Assembly: GCA_002412085.1 (NCBI GenBank)
Contig: GG745546.1
Span: 1,390-65,389 of the forward strand
Reading direction: 5' to 3'
Source of the DNA: Candidatus Parvarchaeum acidophilus ARMAN-5
GTDB lineage: Archaea; Nanobdellota; Nanobdellia; Parvarchaeales; Parvarchaeaceae
Length of the DNA: 64,000 nucleotides
The position numbers and the translations under genes are program-made. Position 1 is the first letter of the stretch; the number at the start of each line of letters is the position of its first letter. Shown here in pieces: positions 29,263 through 39,676 of the stretch. Below the pieces are notes generated by a model that worked only from the letters and a program-made list of their open reading frames with translations, searched no databases and had not been told where the DNA came from.

Positions 29263-30258
29263 ATGGAAGAGATTGATCTGGTAATAATAGGTGCAGGGCC
29301 GACAGGTATGTTTGCGAGTTTCTGTGCTGGACTTAGAGAGATAAACAGCGTTACATTGGAAAGTCTTGATACTTACGGGGGACAAATGCTTGAACTTTAT
29401 CCCGAGAAAGAAGTTTATGATGTCATGGCGGTTCCAAAAATGCTTTCAAAAGACTTATCGAATAAGATGTATGAACAGAGCCAAACCTTTAAAAGAAGAT
29501 TCGAATTTAACTCGAAAGTGACCGACATAATACCGCAATCCGACAAGCGCTTGGCTGTCGAAGTAAATGGAGAGAAAAAATATCTAGCTAAATCCGTGCT
29601 TATATGCGGAGGAGTAGGAGATTTTCACCCAAATAAATTGAACGCTGAAGGAGAAGATGAATACAATGGAAAAGGTGTTTATTACTCTGTAAAAAGTATA
29701 GACGATTTTAAGGATAAAACGGTTGCAGTAATAGGAGGAGGAGATTCGGCATTTGACTATCAGATGCAAATTGCCTCAGTATGTAAAAATACCTATATAA
29801 TACAGCACAACAATACCTTCAAAGCCGCCGAGTCAAGTGTAGATGCGGTAAAGAGAGATGCTAAAGCTAAGATTATAATGAACACCGACGTAAAGAAAAT
29901 AAACGGCGATGGAAATAATGTAAAAAGCATAGAGGTATTCGATAATTCCTCAAAAAAGGATTACACAATTGATGTAGATGCAGTTATAATAGCTATAGGC
30001 TATAAAGTAAATCCGTCGCTTTTCAAATCGCTAAACGTTGAAACTGATAAACGTTACATAAAGGTAGACCATAATTATAAAACCAGCGTGGATGGAGTTT
30101 ATGCTGCGGGAGACATGGCAAATGTAAGCGATGAACCTAAATTTGCCCTTATAGCGGTAGGAGGCAGCGAAGCGTATATAGCAATAAATAACATAAAGAA
30201 ATATATTTCGCCCAATGCTTCTCTATTCGGTGGACATAGCTCTTCGCTTAACCTATGA
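29263..30258 (+). CDS. Ferredoxin-NADP+ reductase, TrxR-like YumC type
   Basis: IIGAGPTG, LYPEKEVYD, IGGGDSAFD, YAAGD, C-terminal HSSS; no CxxC. Confidence 0.85.
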   Translation: MEEIDLVIIGAGPTGMFASFCAGLREINSVTLESLDTYGGQMLELYPEKEVYDVMAVPKMLSKDLSNKMYEQSQTFKRRFEFNSKVTDIIPQSDKRLAVEVNGEKKYLAKSVLICGGVGDFHPNKLNAEGEDEYNGKGVYYSVKSIDDFKDKTVAVIGGGDSAFDYQMQIASVCKNTYIIQHNNTFKAAESSVDAVKRDAKAKIIMNTDVKKINGDGNNVKSIEVFDNSSKKDYTIDVDAVIIAIGYKVNPSLFKSLNVETDKRYIKVDHNYKTSVDGVYAAGDMANVSDEPKFALIAVGGSEAYIAINNIKKYISPNASLFGGHSSSLNL

Positions 30259-31106
30259 TTTATACAGTAGTAAATGAAAAAATAATAAAAGGACTTTATA
30301 AAAGACGAGACAATTGGGTACACAAAGGAAATTTCGGCAGAGTCCTTATAGTTGGTGGTTCTAAAATCTACACAGGTTCGCCGGCGATAGTCGCTCTTTC
30401 GGCACTTAGAACCGGCTGCGACCTTACCGAGATAATAACTACTAGAAGAGCGGCGGATATCTGCGCCTCTTTCTCTCCGGAAATTATAACTCTGCCTTTG
30501 GAAGGAGATTATCTTGGCCCGGATTCCTTTGACACAATAAAAAAAGAATCCGAGAAATGCAACGTGATAGTATTGGGAAACGGCCTTGGTGTAAACAATA
30601 AACAAAAAGAGCTTGTCGATATGATATTAAGAGAGATAAATAAAAAGATAGTAGTCGATGCCGACGCTATTAAATTGGCCGATAAGTCCTTGCTTGACAA
30701 AAGGGTATTGATTACACCAAATTCAAATGAATTTAAGGTAATCTTTAACGAAGAACTTTCACATGATACCGATAAGAGATTAAAACAAGTACATGAAAAA
30801 GCTGTAGAATACCATACAAACATACTTTTGAAAGGGCACATTGATGTTATATCAAATGGAGAAAGAACTTTCATAAATAAAATAAATTCCGTATACATGA
30901 CAAAAGGAGGCACTGGAGATTCACTTGCAGGGATATCCGGATCATTGATAGCCCAGGGAAATGATATAATAACTTCGGCTGCCGCTGCCGCATTCATAAA
31001 TGGTTATTCCGGAAGAACAGTCGGTAAGAAAGAGAGAGAATCTTTCTCTGTAATGCACCTCATAGAAAACATAGAATACACAATAAATAAATGGAAATCT
31101 CAGTGA
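30255..31106 (+). CDS. nnrD: ADP-dependent NAD(P)H-hydrate dehydratase
   Basis: HKGNFGRVLIVGGS..YTGSP, GNGLG, VDADA, GGTGD. Confidence 0.93.
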   Translation: MIYTVVNEKIIKGLYKRRDNWVHKGNFGRVLIVGGSKIYTGSPAIVALSALRTGCDLTEIITTRRAADICASFSPEIITLPLEGDYLGPDSFDTIKKESEKCNVIVLGNGLGVNNKQKELVDMILREINKKIVVDADAIKLADKSLLDKRVLITPNSNEFKVIFNEELSHDTDKRLKQVHEKAVEYHTNILLKGHIDVISNGERTFINKINSVYMTKGGTGDSLAGISGSLIAQGNDIITSAAAAAFINGYSGRTVGKKERESFSVMHLIENIEYTINKWKSQ

Positions 31107-32578
31107 TATTCGTATTTGTTCTTTAACTGATCGAAAGAATTGGACTCAAATTCTTTCGTGATTATGTCTATGTAATTAATCGATATCCTGAACTGTTTCA
31201 TGGAATCGCTCTCTCTGATGGTTACAGTTTCATTCTCTAGACTTTCATAATCCACCGTAAATGCAAGTCTGACCCCTATCTCTTCCGCCTTTCTGTATCT
31301 TTTTCCTATGCTGCCGCTGTCACTGTAAAGTATATCATCTCTATAAACTGAATTTTCAAATATTTCACTGGCCTTTGAATCGACACCATCTTTTGATACA
31401 AGTGGAAATATCGCATATTTGAACGGAGATATTTTGCTATCAAGCGATAACCATCTTCTTTCGCTGTCTTTTTTCATTGAAACCAAAAGAAGAAGATAAA
31501 ACAGCCTGTCGGTTCCCATTGAAAGCTCAAATACCTTTGGTATATTACTGTCTATATTCATTCCTTTAGCACCATATTTCTCATATGAAGATAAATCATG
31601 AATCCCTCTATGGTTACAGGCAACTAGCTCTACCCAGCTATCTCCTTTTTTAATTTCTAAATCAAAGGATTCCTCTGCATAGAATGCTTTATCCTCATAT
31701 AATTTTCTGAATCTTATAACATCCTTATCAAAACCTATTGACAAAAGAAAACCATAAATCTTCGATAAAGCATATGCCGTAACTTTATTTTTTATTGTTC
31801 CGTCGGATAATGCTGCCGAGATATTCACATTCATAGTATTGTTTTTTTCTTTGTCGTATATCTGCACAGTATAATCTTCTTTTAACTCAAAATTATCTTC
31901 TACAAAAAATATTTCTATGTCATTTTGATAAAATTCTCTCTGTCTAATCAGATTATTTCTGGGGGAAATTTCATTTCTAAATGCTTTACCAACTTGGGCA
32001 ATGACAAGTGGAAATTTCCTGCCGCTTGTATCGAATACCCGTTTGAAATCCAAGAATATGGACTGACATGCCTCTGGCCGTAGATATCCCTGCACGTCTT
32101 CACCTATTTTAAGCGGGAACATTGTACCGAACTTTTTTATTTCTCCAAGTTCTCCGCCGCATTTTGCGCATTTTATACCGTACTCTTTTATATAATTGAG
32201 ATATTCTCCTTCTGATAGGCCTTCAAAACTTCTGGAATTTTCCTTTTCTTCTAAGAGTTTGTCTACTCTGTAAACTGAGCCGCATTTTACGCATGCTATC
32301 TCCATGTCAAAGAAATTATCCTCATGGCCTGATGCTTGCAACACTTTTTTAGGAAGTACCACACTTCCGGAGATCTCAACGCCATTCATAGAATTAACGA
32401 GTTTTCTCCACTGCGTTAATAGATTATTGAATATTCTGAATCCTACCGGGCCGTATTCCCAAAAACCAGATATGTTATCACTGCCTATTTCCGAAGTGTG
32501 GAAAAAAATTCCTCTCGATAAAGCAAGATTGGTAAGTTCCTCGTCTGAAGTATATCTTTTATCTTCGTTATTATCCAT
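31100..32578 (-). CDS. glyS: Glycine-tRNA ligase (archaeal/eukaryal alpha2 type)
   Basis: YLRPEACQ, QVGKAFRNEISPR..R.REF.Q, SGSIGKRY. Confidence 0.95.
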   Translation of the reverse strand: MDNNEDKRYTSDEELTNLALSRGIFFHTSEIGSDNISGFWEYGPVGFRIFNNLLTQWRKLVNSMNGVEISGSVVLPKKVLQASGHEDNFFDMEIACVKCGSVYRVDKLLEEKENSRSFEGLSEGEYLNYIKEYGIKCAKCGGELGEIKKFGTMFPLKIGEDVQGYLRPEACQSIFLDFKRVFDTSGRKFPLVIAQVGKAFRNEISPRNNLIRQREFYQNDIEIFFVEDNFELKEDYTVQIYDKEKNNTMNVNISAALSDGTIKNKVTAYALSKIYGFLLSIGFDKDVIRFRKLYEDKAFYAEESFDLEIKKGDSWVELVACNHRGIHDLSSYEKYGAKGMNIDSNIPKVFELSMGTDRLFYLLLLVSMKKDSERRWLSLDSKISPFKYAIFPLVSKDGVDSKASEIFENSVYRDDILYSDSGSIGKRYRKAEEIGVRLAFTVDYESLENETVTIRESDSMKQFRISINYIDIITKEFESNSFDQLKNKYEYH

Positions 32579-32633
32579 TTTATTTTCTTGTATGACTATA
32601 TTAATATAGCTTTAGATTCTTTTAATCAAAGAT

Positions 32634-34560
32634 CTACTTCTTCTTTCTTGATTTTTTAGTTGATCTGGGTTTATTTGCCTTATTTGTCAAATTCTTTTTA
32701 ACTGTATCTTTCTTAGAAGTCAATGCTTTATTATTAGGTTTGAATTTCCTGTAAAGCCTGTATTCAAATATTATACCTGCTGCGACTACTCCTATAGCTA
32801 TACCTAAAATTATGAAGCTTATCTCTTCCAGAAGAGGTTCTATAGGTTTTGAGATTGCTATCGGTTTCAAAGAAGGAGCATATGGTATTAGACTGGCATT
32901 TTGAAGCTGCGCACCTAGTTGTGTAAAAGCCCTTGCTTCTGTCTCAAAAAGCAGATACTCTGGAAAATCTGTATTATTAAGATTTGAGGCGTTGTAAAAC
33001 TGGTTTCCAAAGTAATAATAGCTTATCCCAAGGAAAGGAGTTACACCGACGGATTCCGCGGAATTTATTGAATTTAAGGTCGCTTATAGAACTCTGGTTA
33101 CTTATAGAAGTCAAAGCTGCATAATTTACAAGGCTGTTCTCTTCTATCAGCATCTGTGATACACTTATGGATTCGATGGATGCAAAAATAGACGAGATAT
33201 AGTTACCACTGTAGTATCTATTTTGAGCGGAAGTAAGATAAGACTGAACTTCGGCATTCTCCGAAGGTATACTGGCACCAAGTAAACTGGAATACTCGCT
33301 GTACGAATCGGCTTTGTAAAGGTAGTAGTTGCTTAAAGCCATATAATTTGACTGAGAGAAATTAGAAGTTCCTTTTGGAAGTATTGAAACCCAAAAATAT
33401 GCCGTCTGTGCCTTTACTACGGCTAATGAATAATAATAGACTGCGTTCTGTAAATTTTTGGATGAAAGACTTTGAATTGAATCGTTTAGATAATTTCTTG
33501 CCTGCATAAGCCTGTCGAATGCTATGAACTTAAGAATCAACGTAGACGAGTTTGAAACGTAATCTTTTGAGATATTGTTTTGTATTGCTGTTATTGTAGA
33601 ATTCTCCTTATTTATCAGATTAGTTACAAAAGTCGAAGCATTTGATGAAGAAGAAAGTTCTTCAAGTATACTGGCCTGTATAAGATCCGAGGAGGAAGTT
33701 ATCATGCTGCTTGCGGCTATGTAATAACTACCTTTGGCCGCTTCTGATTTCTGTAAAGCGATATCCGACCTTGCATAAGATATCAAAGAAGAAATCGTGG
33801 TGTTACTGCTGTTTTTAACTGAAGGCAGTATGCCATTTTGATAAGAATTAAAATCTATGTAGGTCTGCTTCATCAAATTCAGATACAAAGGAGTCTGTAT
33901 GCTTAAATTAATTGTCGGGGATAAATTATAACCTGTAAAGTATTGGAATGCCGTGTACTCCGAACTAACTGCTATGGGAGTTTCTCCATGTGCTTCATCA
34001 TACGACAAAGCTGCAGAAGAGATGTTGTCTGTGGCCGGATAAAGAAATGTCTTTATACCTTGATTGGCGGCCGCCATTGATTTCTGAGAAACGTCTCCTA
34101 CTATACCTACGCTTCCGTCAGGATTCGCGGTACCCGTCATAGCTACTTTGGTATTTAGAGGCTTGCCAGAAAGTATAGACATCGCAGCCATAGTAAATGC
34201 GGAACCGGCACTAGGCCCGCCGACTTCAGCTGACTCTGAGGTTATGTAATAATAGAAATTGTAATCATTGCAGTTTATGTTGAGCATCTGGCACGCCAGC
34301 TCAGCTGATACGACCGCCTGTGCTTGCGTATCTGTCTGCACTAAAGGAGTAGAACCAAGAAACACTTTGCCGGTTCCATTAGTTATAGTAAGATTAAGAA
34401 CGGCCGGTACTCCGACTAAAGCGCCGCTCGAAGAATTTGTGACTCCGAATATATAAAGACTGGTAGAACCTATTACATTCTGTACCCCTTGTGCGTGTAC
34501 CCCTCCTATTATCAGAAAGGATAAAACGGAAAAAGTCAAAATAAGTCTGTATAGATTCAT
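32634..34560 (-). CDS. Secreted, C-terminally anchored S16 (Lon-like) serine protease without ATPase domain; +1 frameshift near 33075
   Basis: VHA/Q signal peptide; GGPSAG catalytic Ser; MTGTANPDGSVG.VG.V..K. Shifted frame reads GVTPFLGISYYYFG and continues into the TM anchor ORF 32634-32870. Confidence 0.85.
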
Positions 34561-34646
34561 AACCTATGTAAGACTTTGTATTTTATAAAGATTTGCATTT
34601 TTTTAGATAAAAATAAAAAATTAATTCGGTAAATACTTTTGTTTAC

Positions 34647-34913
34647 TCAAGAAAAAGTGCCTGCTTCCAATTTGTTCTTGAAATTCTGCAGTGCTTCTAT
34701 AAGGAGCGGAAGCTCATCAAAGTTAACTGAAAGACTTGTTTTTATTCTTTCTTCTTCTTTGCCGCTTTTATCGGTAGTGTAACCCTTTTTTATACTTATG
34801 AATGTTATTTCCTTCTCTCCGTCTATTCCTTTAGTCAATCCTATCTTTATGAAATTATTTGAACCCTCTCTAGTTATCTTTTCCACCGGTTCTTCTATAT
34901 CCTTAAATTCCAT
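34647..34913 (-). CDS. Small putative PC4/YdbC-like ssDNA-binding protein
   Basis: FISIKKGY...KTSLSVNFDELPLLIEAL beta-strands-then-helix pattern. Confidence 0.45.
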   Translation of the reverse strand: MEFKDIEEPVEKITREGSNNFIKIGLTKGIDGEKEITFISIKKGYTTDKSGKEEERIKTSLSVNFDELPLLIEALQNFKNKLEAGTFS

Positions 34914-34914
34914 A

Positions 34915-35002
34915 GTAAGGATTAAAACTGCTAAAATTTAAGCTTTTCTTTATTGATTGAAGGTTATGCCTTCAAAATACTTTGATTGGTAAGGATTAAA
35001 AC
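34915..35002. repeat. Exact 14-bp direct repeat GTAAGGATTAAAAC (34915-34928, 34989-35002) flanking a hairpin (34957-34975)
   Basis: Read directly; each copy lies just downstream of a TATA-like box on the minus strand. Confidence 0.8.
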
Positions 35003-35020
35003 ATCTTTTATTTTATAAGC

Positions 35021-35839
35021 TCACGAAAGCTTTTTAGCCTTCTCCATGTCTTCCTTGGTTTTTATAGGCATCCAGCTTCCGTTGTACATATATCCAAAAA
35101 GTAATCCGTCTTTTGCAAGAAGAGGCAGAAGATCCTGCTTTATGTTCCATTCTATGTCCCCTGGAGGAATGTACTTGAAAACATCCTGGTCTAAAAGAAA
35201 TATCGACGTCGGGATAAGCTTGGAATTTACGAAATCCGGTAATTTCTCATAAGTCTGTATCTTGCTACCTTTAAGCACTACCTTGTCTTTAGTCGGAAGG
35301 GATGTGTCGGGAGGTATATAGATTGCCATTGATGCCGGGCTATTATGGGCAATGTGAAATCTTAACATGTCTTTTAGGTCTATATCAAAAACTGAATCTC
35401 CAGTAACGAACAATGTTGTTGAACCGACATACTGTTTTACTCTCTCTAATGCCTTAGCGCTTCCTTTTAGATTATTATCGTCGATGTATTTTATATCAAC
35501 GCCGTAACCTTCTCCATTTTTTAGAATTGTGAATATCTGTTTAAGAAGCTCCGTCTTTCCTGATATCATTATATTCCTGAAATTATTCATTCTAAGATTG
35601 GTTATTATTCTCTCTATAACCGTCGATTCGCCGACCTTTACAAGCGGCCTATAATATTCCGTTCCGTTTACTGTGAACTCTCCACCGCAGAGAACTATTG
35701 CAGTATTCTGTTTTTCAAAGTACTTTCTAAGTATATCCTCTACGGCTTCACTCTTGGATCTGTAGTAGATATTGTCTACGAGCGAATCTAATTTTGCCAC
35801 TACATCGGCATCAATTGTAAAAGAAGTCCTTGCTTTCAT
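35021..35839 (-). CDS. Ribbon-helix-helix (CopG/NikR-like) domain fused to a degenerate sugar-phosphate nucleotidyltransferase domain
   Basis: RTSFTIDADVVAKLD..SKSEAVEDIL; AIVLCGG, RPLVKVG, GSAKAL, GDSVFD, W..I; lacks G-T-R-L. Confidence 0.8.
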   Translation of the reverse strand: MKARTSFTIDADVVAKLDSLVDNIYYRSKSEAVEDILRKYFEKQNTAIVLCGGEFTVNGTEYYRPLVKVGESTVIERIITNLRMNNFRNIMISGKTELLKQIFTILKNGEGYGVDIKYIDDNNLKGSAKALERVKQYVGSTTLFVTGDSVFDIDLKDMLRFHIAHNSPASMAIYIPPDTSLPTKDKVVLKGSKIQTYEKLPDFVNSKLIPTSIFLLDQDVFKYIPPGDIEWNIKQDLLPLLAKDGLLFGYMYNGSWMPIKTKEDMEKAKKLS

Positions 35840-36012
35840 ATAATATATTTATCATCCATCGTATTTATCGTTAAACTTAACATAAATGATATCGAATTAC
35901 TATGGAAAATAGATATATATAAACTTATCTAAAGAAATAATATTGGTAATATCTTAGAAAGATTTATATACTAAAAAATTAATTAAGACATGTAAATAAA
36001 TACTATTATTCT

Positions 36013-36633
36013 ATGGGCATAGTAAAAACTGGAACGACAACATTGGGTTTAGTCTATAAGGACGGAGTTATATTAGCCGCAGATAGGAGAGCTACTGCTG
36101 ACCATATAGTTGCAAATAAAAACGCGGAAAAGGTAATGTCTATAAGCAGCAACATCGGTGTGACTACTGCAGGAATGGTTGCGGACCTTCAGGCAATGGT
36201 AAGACTTATGCGTTCGGAACTTACTTTATATGAAATAAGAGCCGGATCTAAACTTGACACAGACGGTGCTGTAAGCCTTTTAAGTGCGGTTCTTTTCAAC
36301 AAAAGACTTTCTTTAAATCTTATTTACGGTGAATTTATAATAGGTGGATACGACACAGAACCAAAGCTTTTTTCTATAGATGAAGCTGGTGGACAGGGAA
36401 AGGATAAATTTACAGTCACCGGCAGCGGAGGCGTTTTCGCTCTTGGAGTCTTGGAAGGAGATTACAAAGACAACATGACTGAAGAAGAAGGAATAAAGCT
36501 AGCATACAAAGCTATATCTTCATCCATTAGAAGAGATGTTTATACTGGAGAAGGAGTAGACATAGCTGTTATAAATAAAAAGGGTTACAAGAAACTTACA
36601 GACGAAGAGATACAAAAAATAGTAGGTAAGTAA
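36013..36633 (+). CDS. psmB: Proteasome beta subunit
   Basis: KTG/TTTLG propeptide cleavage site, AADRRAT, TGSG, RDVYTG. Confidence 0.96.
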   Translation: MGIVKTGTTTLGLVYKDGVILAADRRATADHIVANKNAEKVMSISSNIGVTTAGMVADLQAMVRLMRSELTLYEIRAGSKLDTDGAVSLLSAVLFNKRLSLNLIYGEFIIGGYDTEPKLFSIDEAGGQGKDKFTVTGSGGVFALGVLEGDYKDNMTEEEGIKLAYKAISSSIRRDVYTGEGVDIAVINKKGYKKLTDEEIQKIVGK

Positions 36634-36670
36634 ACGTGACTAGCGTTTAGATTACGGAATTTAAGTTACT

Positions 36671-38575
36671 TTGAGTTATGAAAATATGGACATAAAAAAA
36701 GATATAAAAGACTTTATAGCCGACAGATCGTTGATAGATGACATAGAATTTGAAGTTTCTAACGTTGTTATATACACAAAAAACAAGAATTTTTTCTTGG
36801 ATAACTCTGAAATCATAAAGAATTTGGTAAGCAAAGAGAAAAAAAGGATAGAAGTCAGGTTGGAACCTTCTCTCCTTATGGATGAAAAAGAAGCGGAAAA
36901 TAAGATAAAAGAGATGGGTTTTGAAGAAGCAGCTATAACTAAGTTATGGTTTGACGCACCTAGAAGCATAGTAACTATAGAAGCAGAGCATCCTGAGATT
37001 ATTTCTGGAGACAGAAAGGCCGGAATAAACAGGATAAAGGAAGAAACAGGCTGGTCCGTAGTTCTTGCACGTTCCCCGTTAATAAAATCCGACATTGTAG
37101 GAGCCATAAGAGAAATGCTTTACGACAATTCAAAATTCAGAAGAAAAATGCTTAATGAAGTAGGTGAAAATATATACAACTCAAAATTTGAAGTAGACGA
37201 CAAGTACTGGGTAAGGATAAGCGCACTTGGCGCATTCAGACACGTCGGCCGTTCAGCCGTACTTGTACAGACTCCCATAAGCTCGGTATTACTTGACGCA
37301 GGCGTAGACGTAAGCAACAGCAGAGAACCCGTGCCCAGAGTAGACGCACCTGAATTTGACATATCAAAATTAAACGCTGTGGTTATAACGCACAGCCATC
37401 TCGATCACTGCGGTTTCTTACCCGTACTTTACAAATATGGATATAAGGGACCGGTTTATTCGACTGCGCCTACAAGAGATGTTATGACGCTGCTGCATTT
37501 GGATTACATAAACTTAGCGAGTAAGACAAATGGAAAGCTGCTTTTTGACGTTGACGACATAAAGAATATGCTTAAACACTCGATTACCATACCGTTCCAC
37601 GAAGTAACGGACATAACGCCGGACATACGCATAACTCTGCATAATGCTGGTCATATACTCGGATCCGCTATGATACACCTCAATATAGGAAACGGTTTTT
37701 ACAACGTTCTGTACACAGGAGATTTCAAATATGAAAACTCGAAGACATTGAACCGTGCCGAAACGCAGTTTGAAAGGGTGGAAACACTTATAATGGAAAG
37801 TACTTACGGAGGAGATGCGGATACACAACCGGTTCGCAGCGAAACGGAGAAATTCTTCTTTGATATAATAAGCAAAACCGTAGCAAACAACGGAAAAGTC
37901 CTTGTCCCTGTCCTTGGAGTTGGAAGAGCTCAGGAGATAATGCTTTTGATAGAGGAATGGCAGCGTTATGGCCTTTTGCCTGAAGTACCAGTAATAGTAG
38001 ATGGAATGCTTTGGGATGTTACTGCAATATACACTGTTTACCCTGAATTTATGAACAGCGAGACAAGAAACAGAATAATAACACACCATAACAACCCATT
38101 TTTATCACCTATATTCAAACACACCGTAAGCGAAGAAGAAAGGCAGCAGGTACTTTCCGGCGGGCCGGCTATACTTCTTGCCACTTCGGGTATGCTTAAC
38201 GGAGGACCTTCTGTAAGTTATTTCGCAAACTTATGCGAAGACGAGAAAAATGCTATAGTACTTGTATCCTATCAAGGAGTCGGAACGCTTGGAAGAACCA
38301 TACAGAATGGCGGAAGAGAAGTAGATATAGAACTTAATGGGAAGCTTAAACACTTTACTGTAAACGCGCTTGTTTATTCCATAGAAGGATTTTCCGGACA
38401 TTCAGACAGAAAACAACTTGAAAGATTTGTAAGTGACATAAGACCAAAGCCGAGAAAAGTCATAATAGGACACGGAGAGGAAGGTAAAATACTCGAGCTT
38501 TCCCACTATGTAAGAAGAAGGTTCGGAATAGAAACGTACGCTCCGCACATACTTGATGCGCTCAGGCTCAAATAA
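36671..38575 (+). CDS. beta-CASP ribonuclease aCPSF1 (FttA)
   Basis: N-terminal KH region, THSHLDH, AGHILGS, YTGD, MESTYG, FSGHSD; conserved synteny with psmB. Confidence 0.95.
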   Translation: MSYENMDIKKDIKDFIADRSLIDDIEFEVSNVVIYTKNKNFFLDNSEIIKNLVSKEKKRIEVRLEPSLLMDEKEAENKIKEMGFEEAAITKLWFDAPRSIVTIEAEHPEIISGDRKAGINRIKEETGWSVVLARSPLIKSDIVGAIREMLYDNSKFRRKMLNEVGENIYNSKFEVDDKYWVRISALGAFRHVGRSAVLVQTPISSVLLDAGVDVSNSREPVPRVDAPEFDISKLNAVVITHSHLDHCGFLPVLYKYGYKGPVYSTAPTRDVMTLLHLDYINLASKTNGKLLFDVDDIKNMLKHSITIPFHEVTDITPDIRITLHNAGHILGSAMIHLNIGNGFYNVLYTGDFKYENSKTLNRAETQFERVETLIMESTYGGDADTQPVRSETEKFFFDIISKTVANNGKVLVPVLGVGRAQEIMLLIEEWQRYGLLPEVPVIVDGMLWDVTAIYTVYPEFMNSETRNRIITHHNNPFLSPIFKHTVSEEERQQVLSGGPAILLATSGMLNGGPSVSYFANLCEDEKNAIVLVSYQGVGTLGRTIQNGGREVDIELNGKLKHFTVNALVYSIEGFSGHSDRKQLERFVSDIRPKPRKVIIGHGEEGKILELSHYVRRRFGIETYAPHILDALRLK

Positions 38576-38576
38576 G

Positions 38577-39104
38577 CTAACTGATTGCCTTTCTTATATA
38601 AAGATCGTAGACATAATTCAAAGCCTTCTCATATGCCTTAAATGCCGTTCTGTTTCCTTTGTCTATTGTGTTGTCCTTTTCTGATATATCTTTGAAAAAG
38701 GAGAGGTACTGCGAAACAAGCTCGTTGTACACGAAATCTTTTAGCATGGGATTATCTATCAACATTTTCTCCATTGCTCTTACTCTATCGTATTTTTTTC
38801 CGAATATCCTTTTGCCCAGATAATCCCTATTTTCGGAAAACCAGTAATTTAGCATTGCCTTTCCGCCGTTCATTCTTTGAATGTAATCTATATCCTCTTT
38901 TACTTCCATAAAATCGCCGTAAAGTTTATCGTCCGGATCGTAGGGATAAGAAAGCTTTCCATATTTCTCATAGGCGTTCAAATAAACGTTGAACAGGCCG
39001 TAGCCTAACTCAAAAAATCTGGATTTTATCTCTGAACCTGACAGGATGTCTTCCAATTTCTCCTTTGTCAATGGATCTCCCATCCAATTTTTCTCAGGTT
39101 TCAT
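38577..39104 (-). CDS. Hypothetical helical protein, paralog of 39094-39600
   Basis: KLEDILSGSEI..G..LF..YLNAY and Y.FSE..D..K..G..Y motifs shared with the neighbour. Confidence 0.7.
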   Translation of the reverse strand: MKPEKNWMGDPLTKEKLEDILSGSEIKSRFFELGYGLFNVYLNAYEKYGKLSYPYDPDDKLYGDFMEVKEDIDYIQRMNGGKAMLNYWFSENRDYLGKRIFGKKYDRVRAMEKMLIDNPMLKDFVYNELVSQYLSFFKDISEKDNTIDKGNRTAFKAYEKALNYVYDLYIRKAIS

Positions 39105-39600
39105 AGAGGAATTCTACTACTTTTGCAAAAATCCAGATCTTCTCGCTGTCCTTGTTCAAAGGGCTGAATTTTTTGTCTTTTATGTAGAAGAAGCTGTCTC
39201 CCTCCGCTTCCATCAATGAATCGTTTGCCTGTGCGCTTACGAAATTCGTGTATAGGGCATCGTAACCCAAAGATTTAACGACTTTGTCCCTCTTCCTTAT
39301 TATTTCTTGGTATTGACTGCCAAGCAGGTCTTTTACGGGTTTGTCATCAAATTCGGATAAGTAATGATAGAAAGCTCTCATGTTCTTTCCGTTATCTGCG
39401 GCTACTTCCTTGGAAACTTTTTCAAAAGCCTCTTTTTTATCCTGTGGAAAAAAAGCATTTGATTCTTTGTACAGTTTAGTATCGCAGTAAAGATTCAATA
39501 ACATCGAAAAAACGTCCTTTCCAAAGCTGTTTAACTGCCTGTTGAATTCGCTTTCTGCCAGAAAATTCTCGAGTTTTCCTTGCTTCTTTTTGTATTCCAT
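39094..39600 (-). CDS. Hypothetical helical protein, paralog of 38577-39104
   Basis: Start MEYKKKQGKLENFL at 39600 aligns with the paralog and removes the overlap with the divergent gene. Confidence 0.7.
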   Translation of the reverse strand: MEYKKKQGKLENFLAESEFNRQLNSFGKDVFSMLLNLYCDTKLYKESNAFFPQDKKEAFEKVSKEVAADNGKNMRAFYHYLSEFDDKPVKDLLGSQYQEIIRKRDKVVKSLGYDALYTNFVSAQANDSLMEAEGDSFFYIKDKKFSPLNKDSEKIWIFAKVVEFLYET

Positions 39601-39676
39601 GGTTATTTTATGATGAAAACTAGAATAAGTAGTTTTAATAGCAAAGATTTTTATTCTAAAAAACTCATAATCTTCA

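Noticed and set aside
29197-30258. Thioredoxin reductase call and the 29197 start
   Set aside because: No CxxC, and the C-terminal HSSS fits FNR; ATG 29263 just after the tfs stop is the better start
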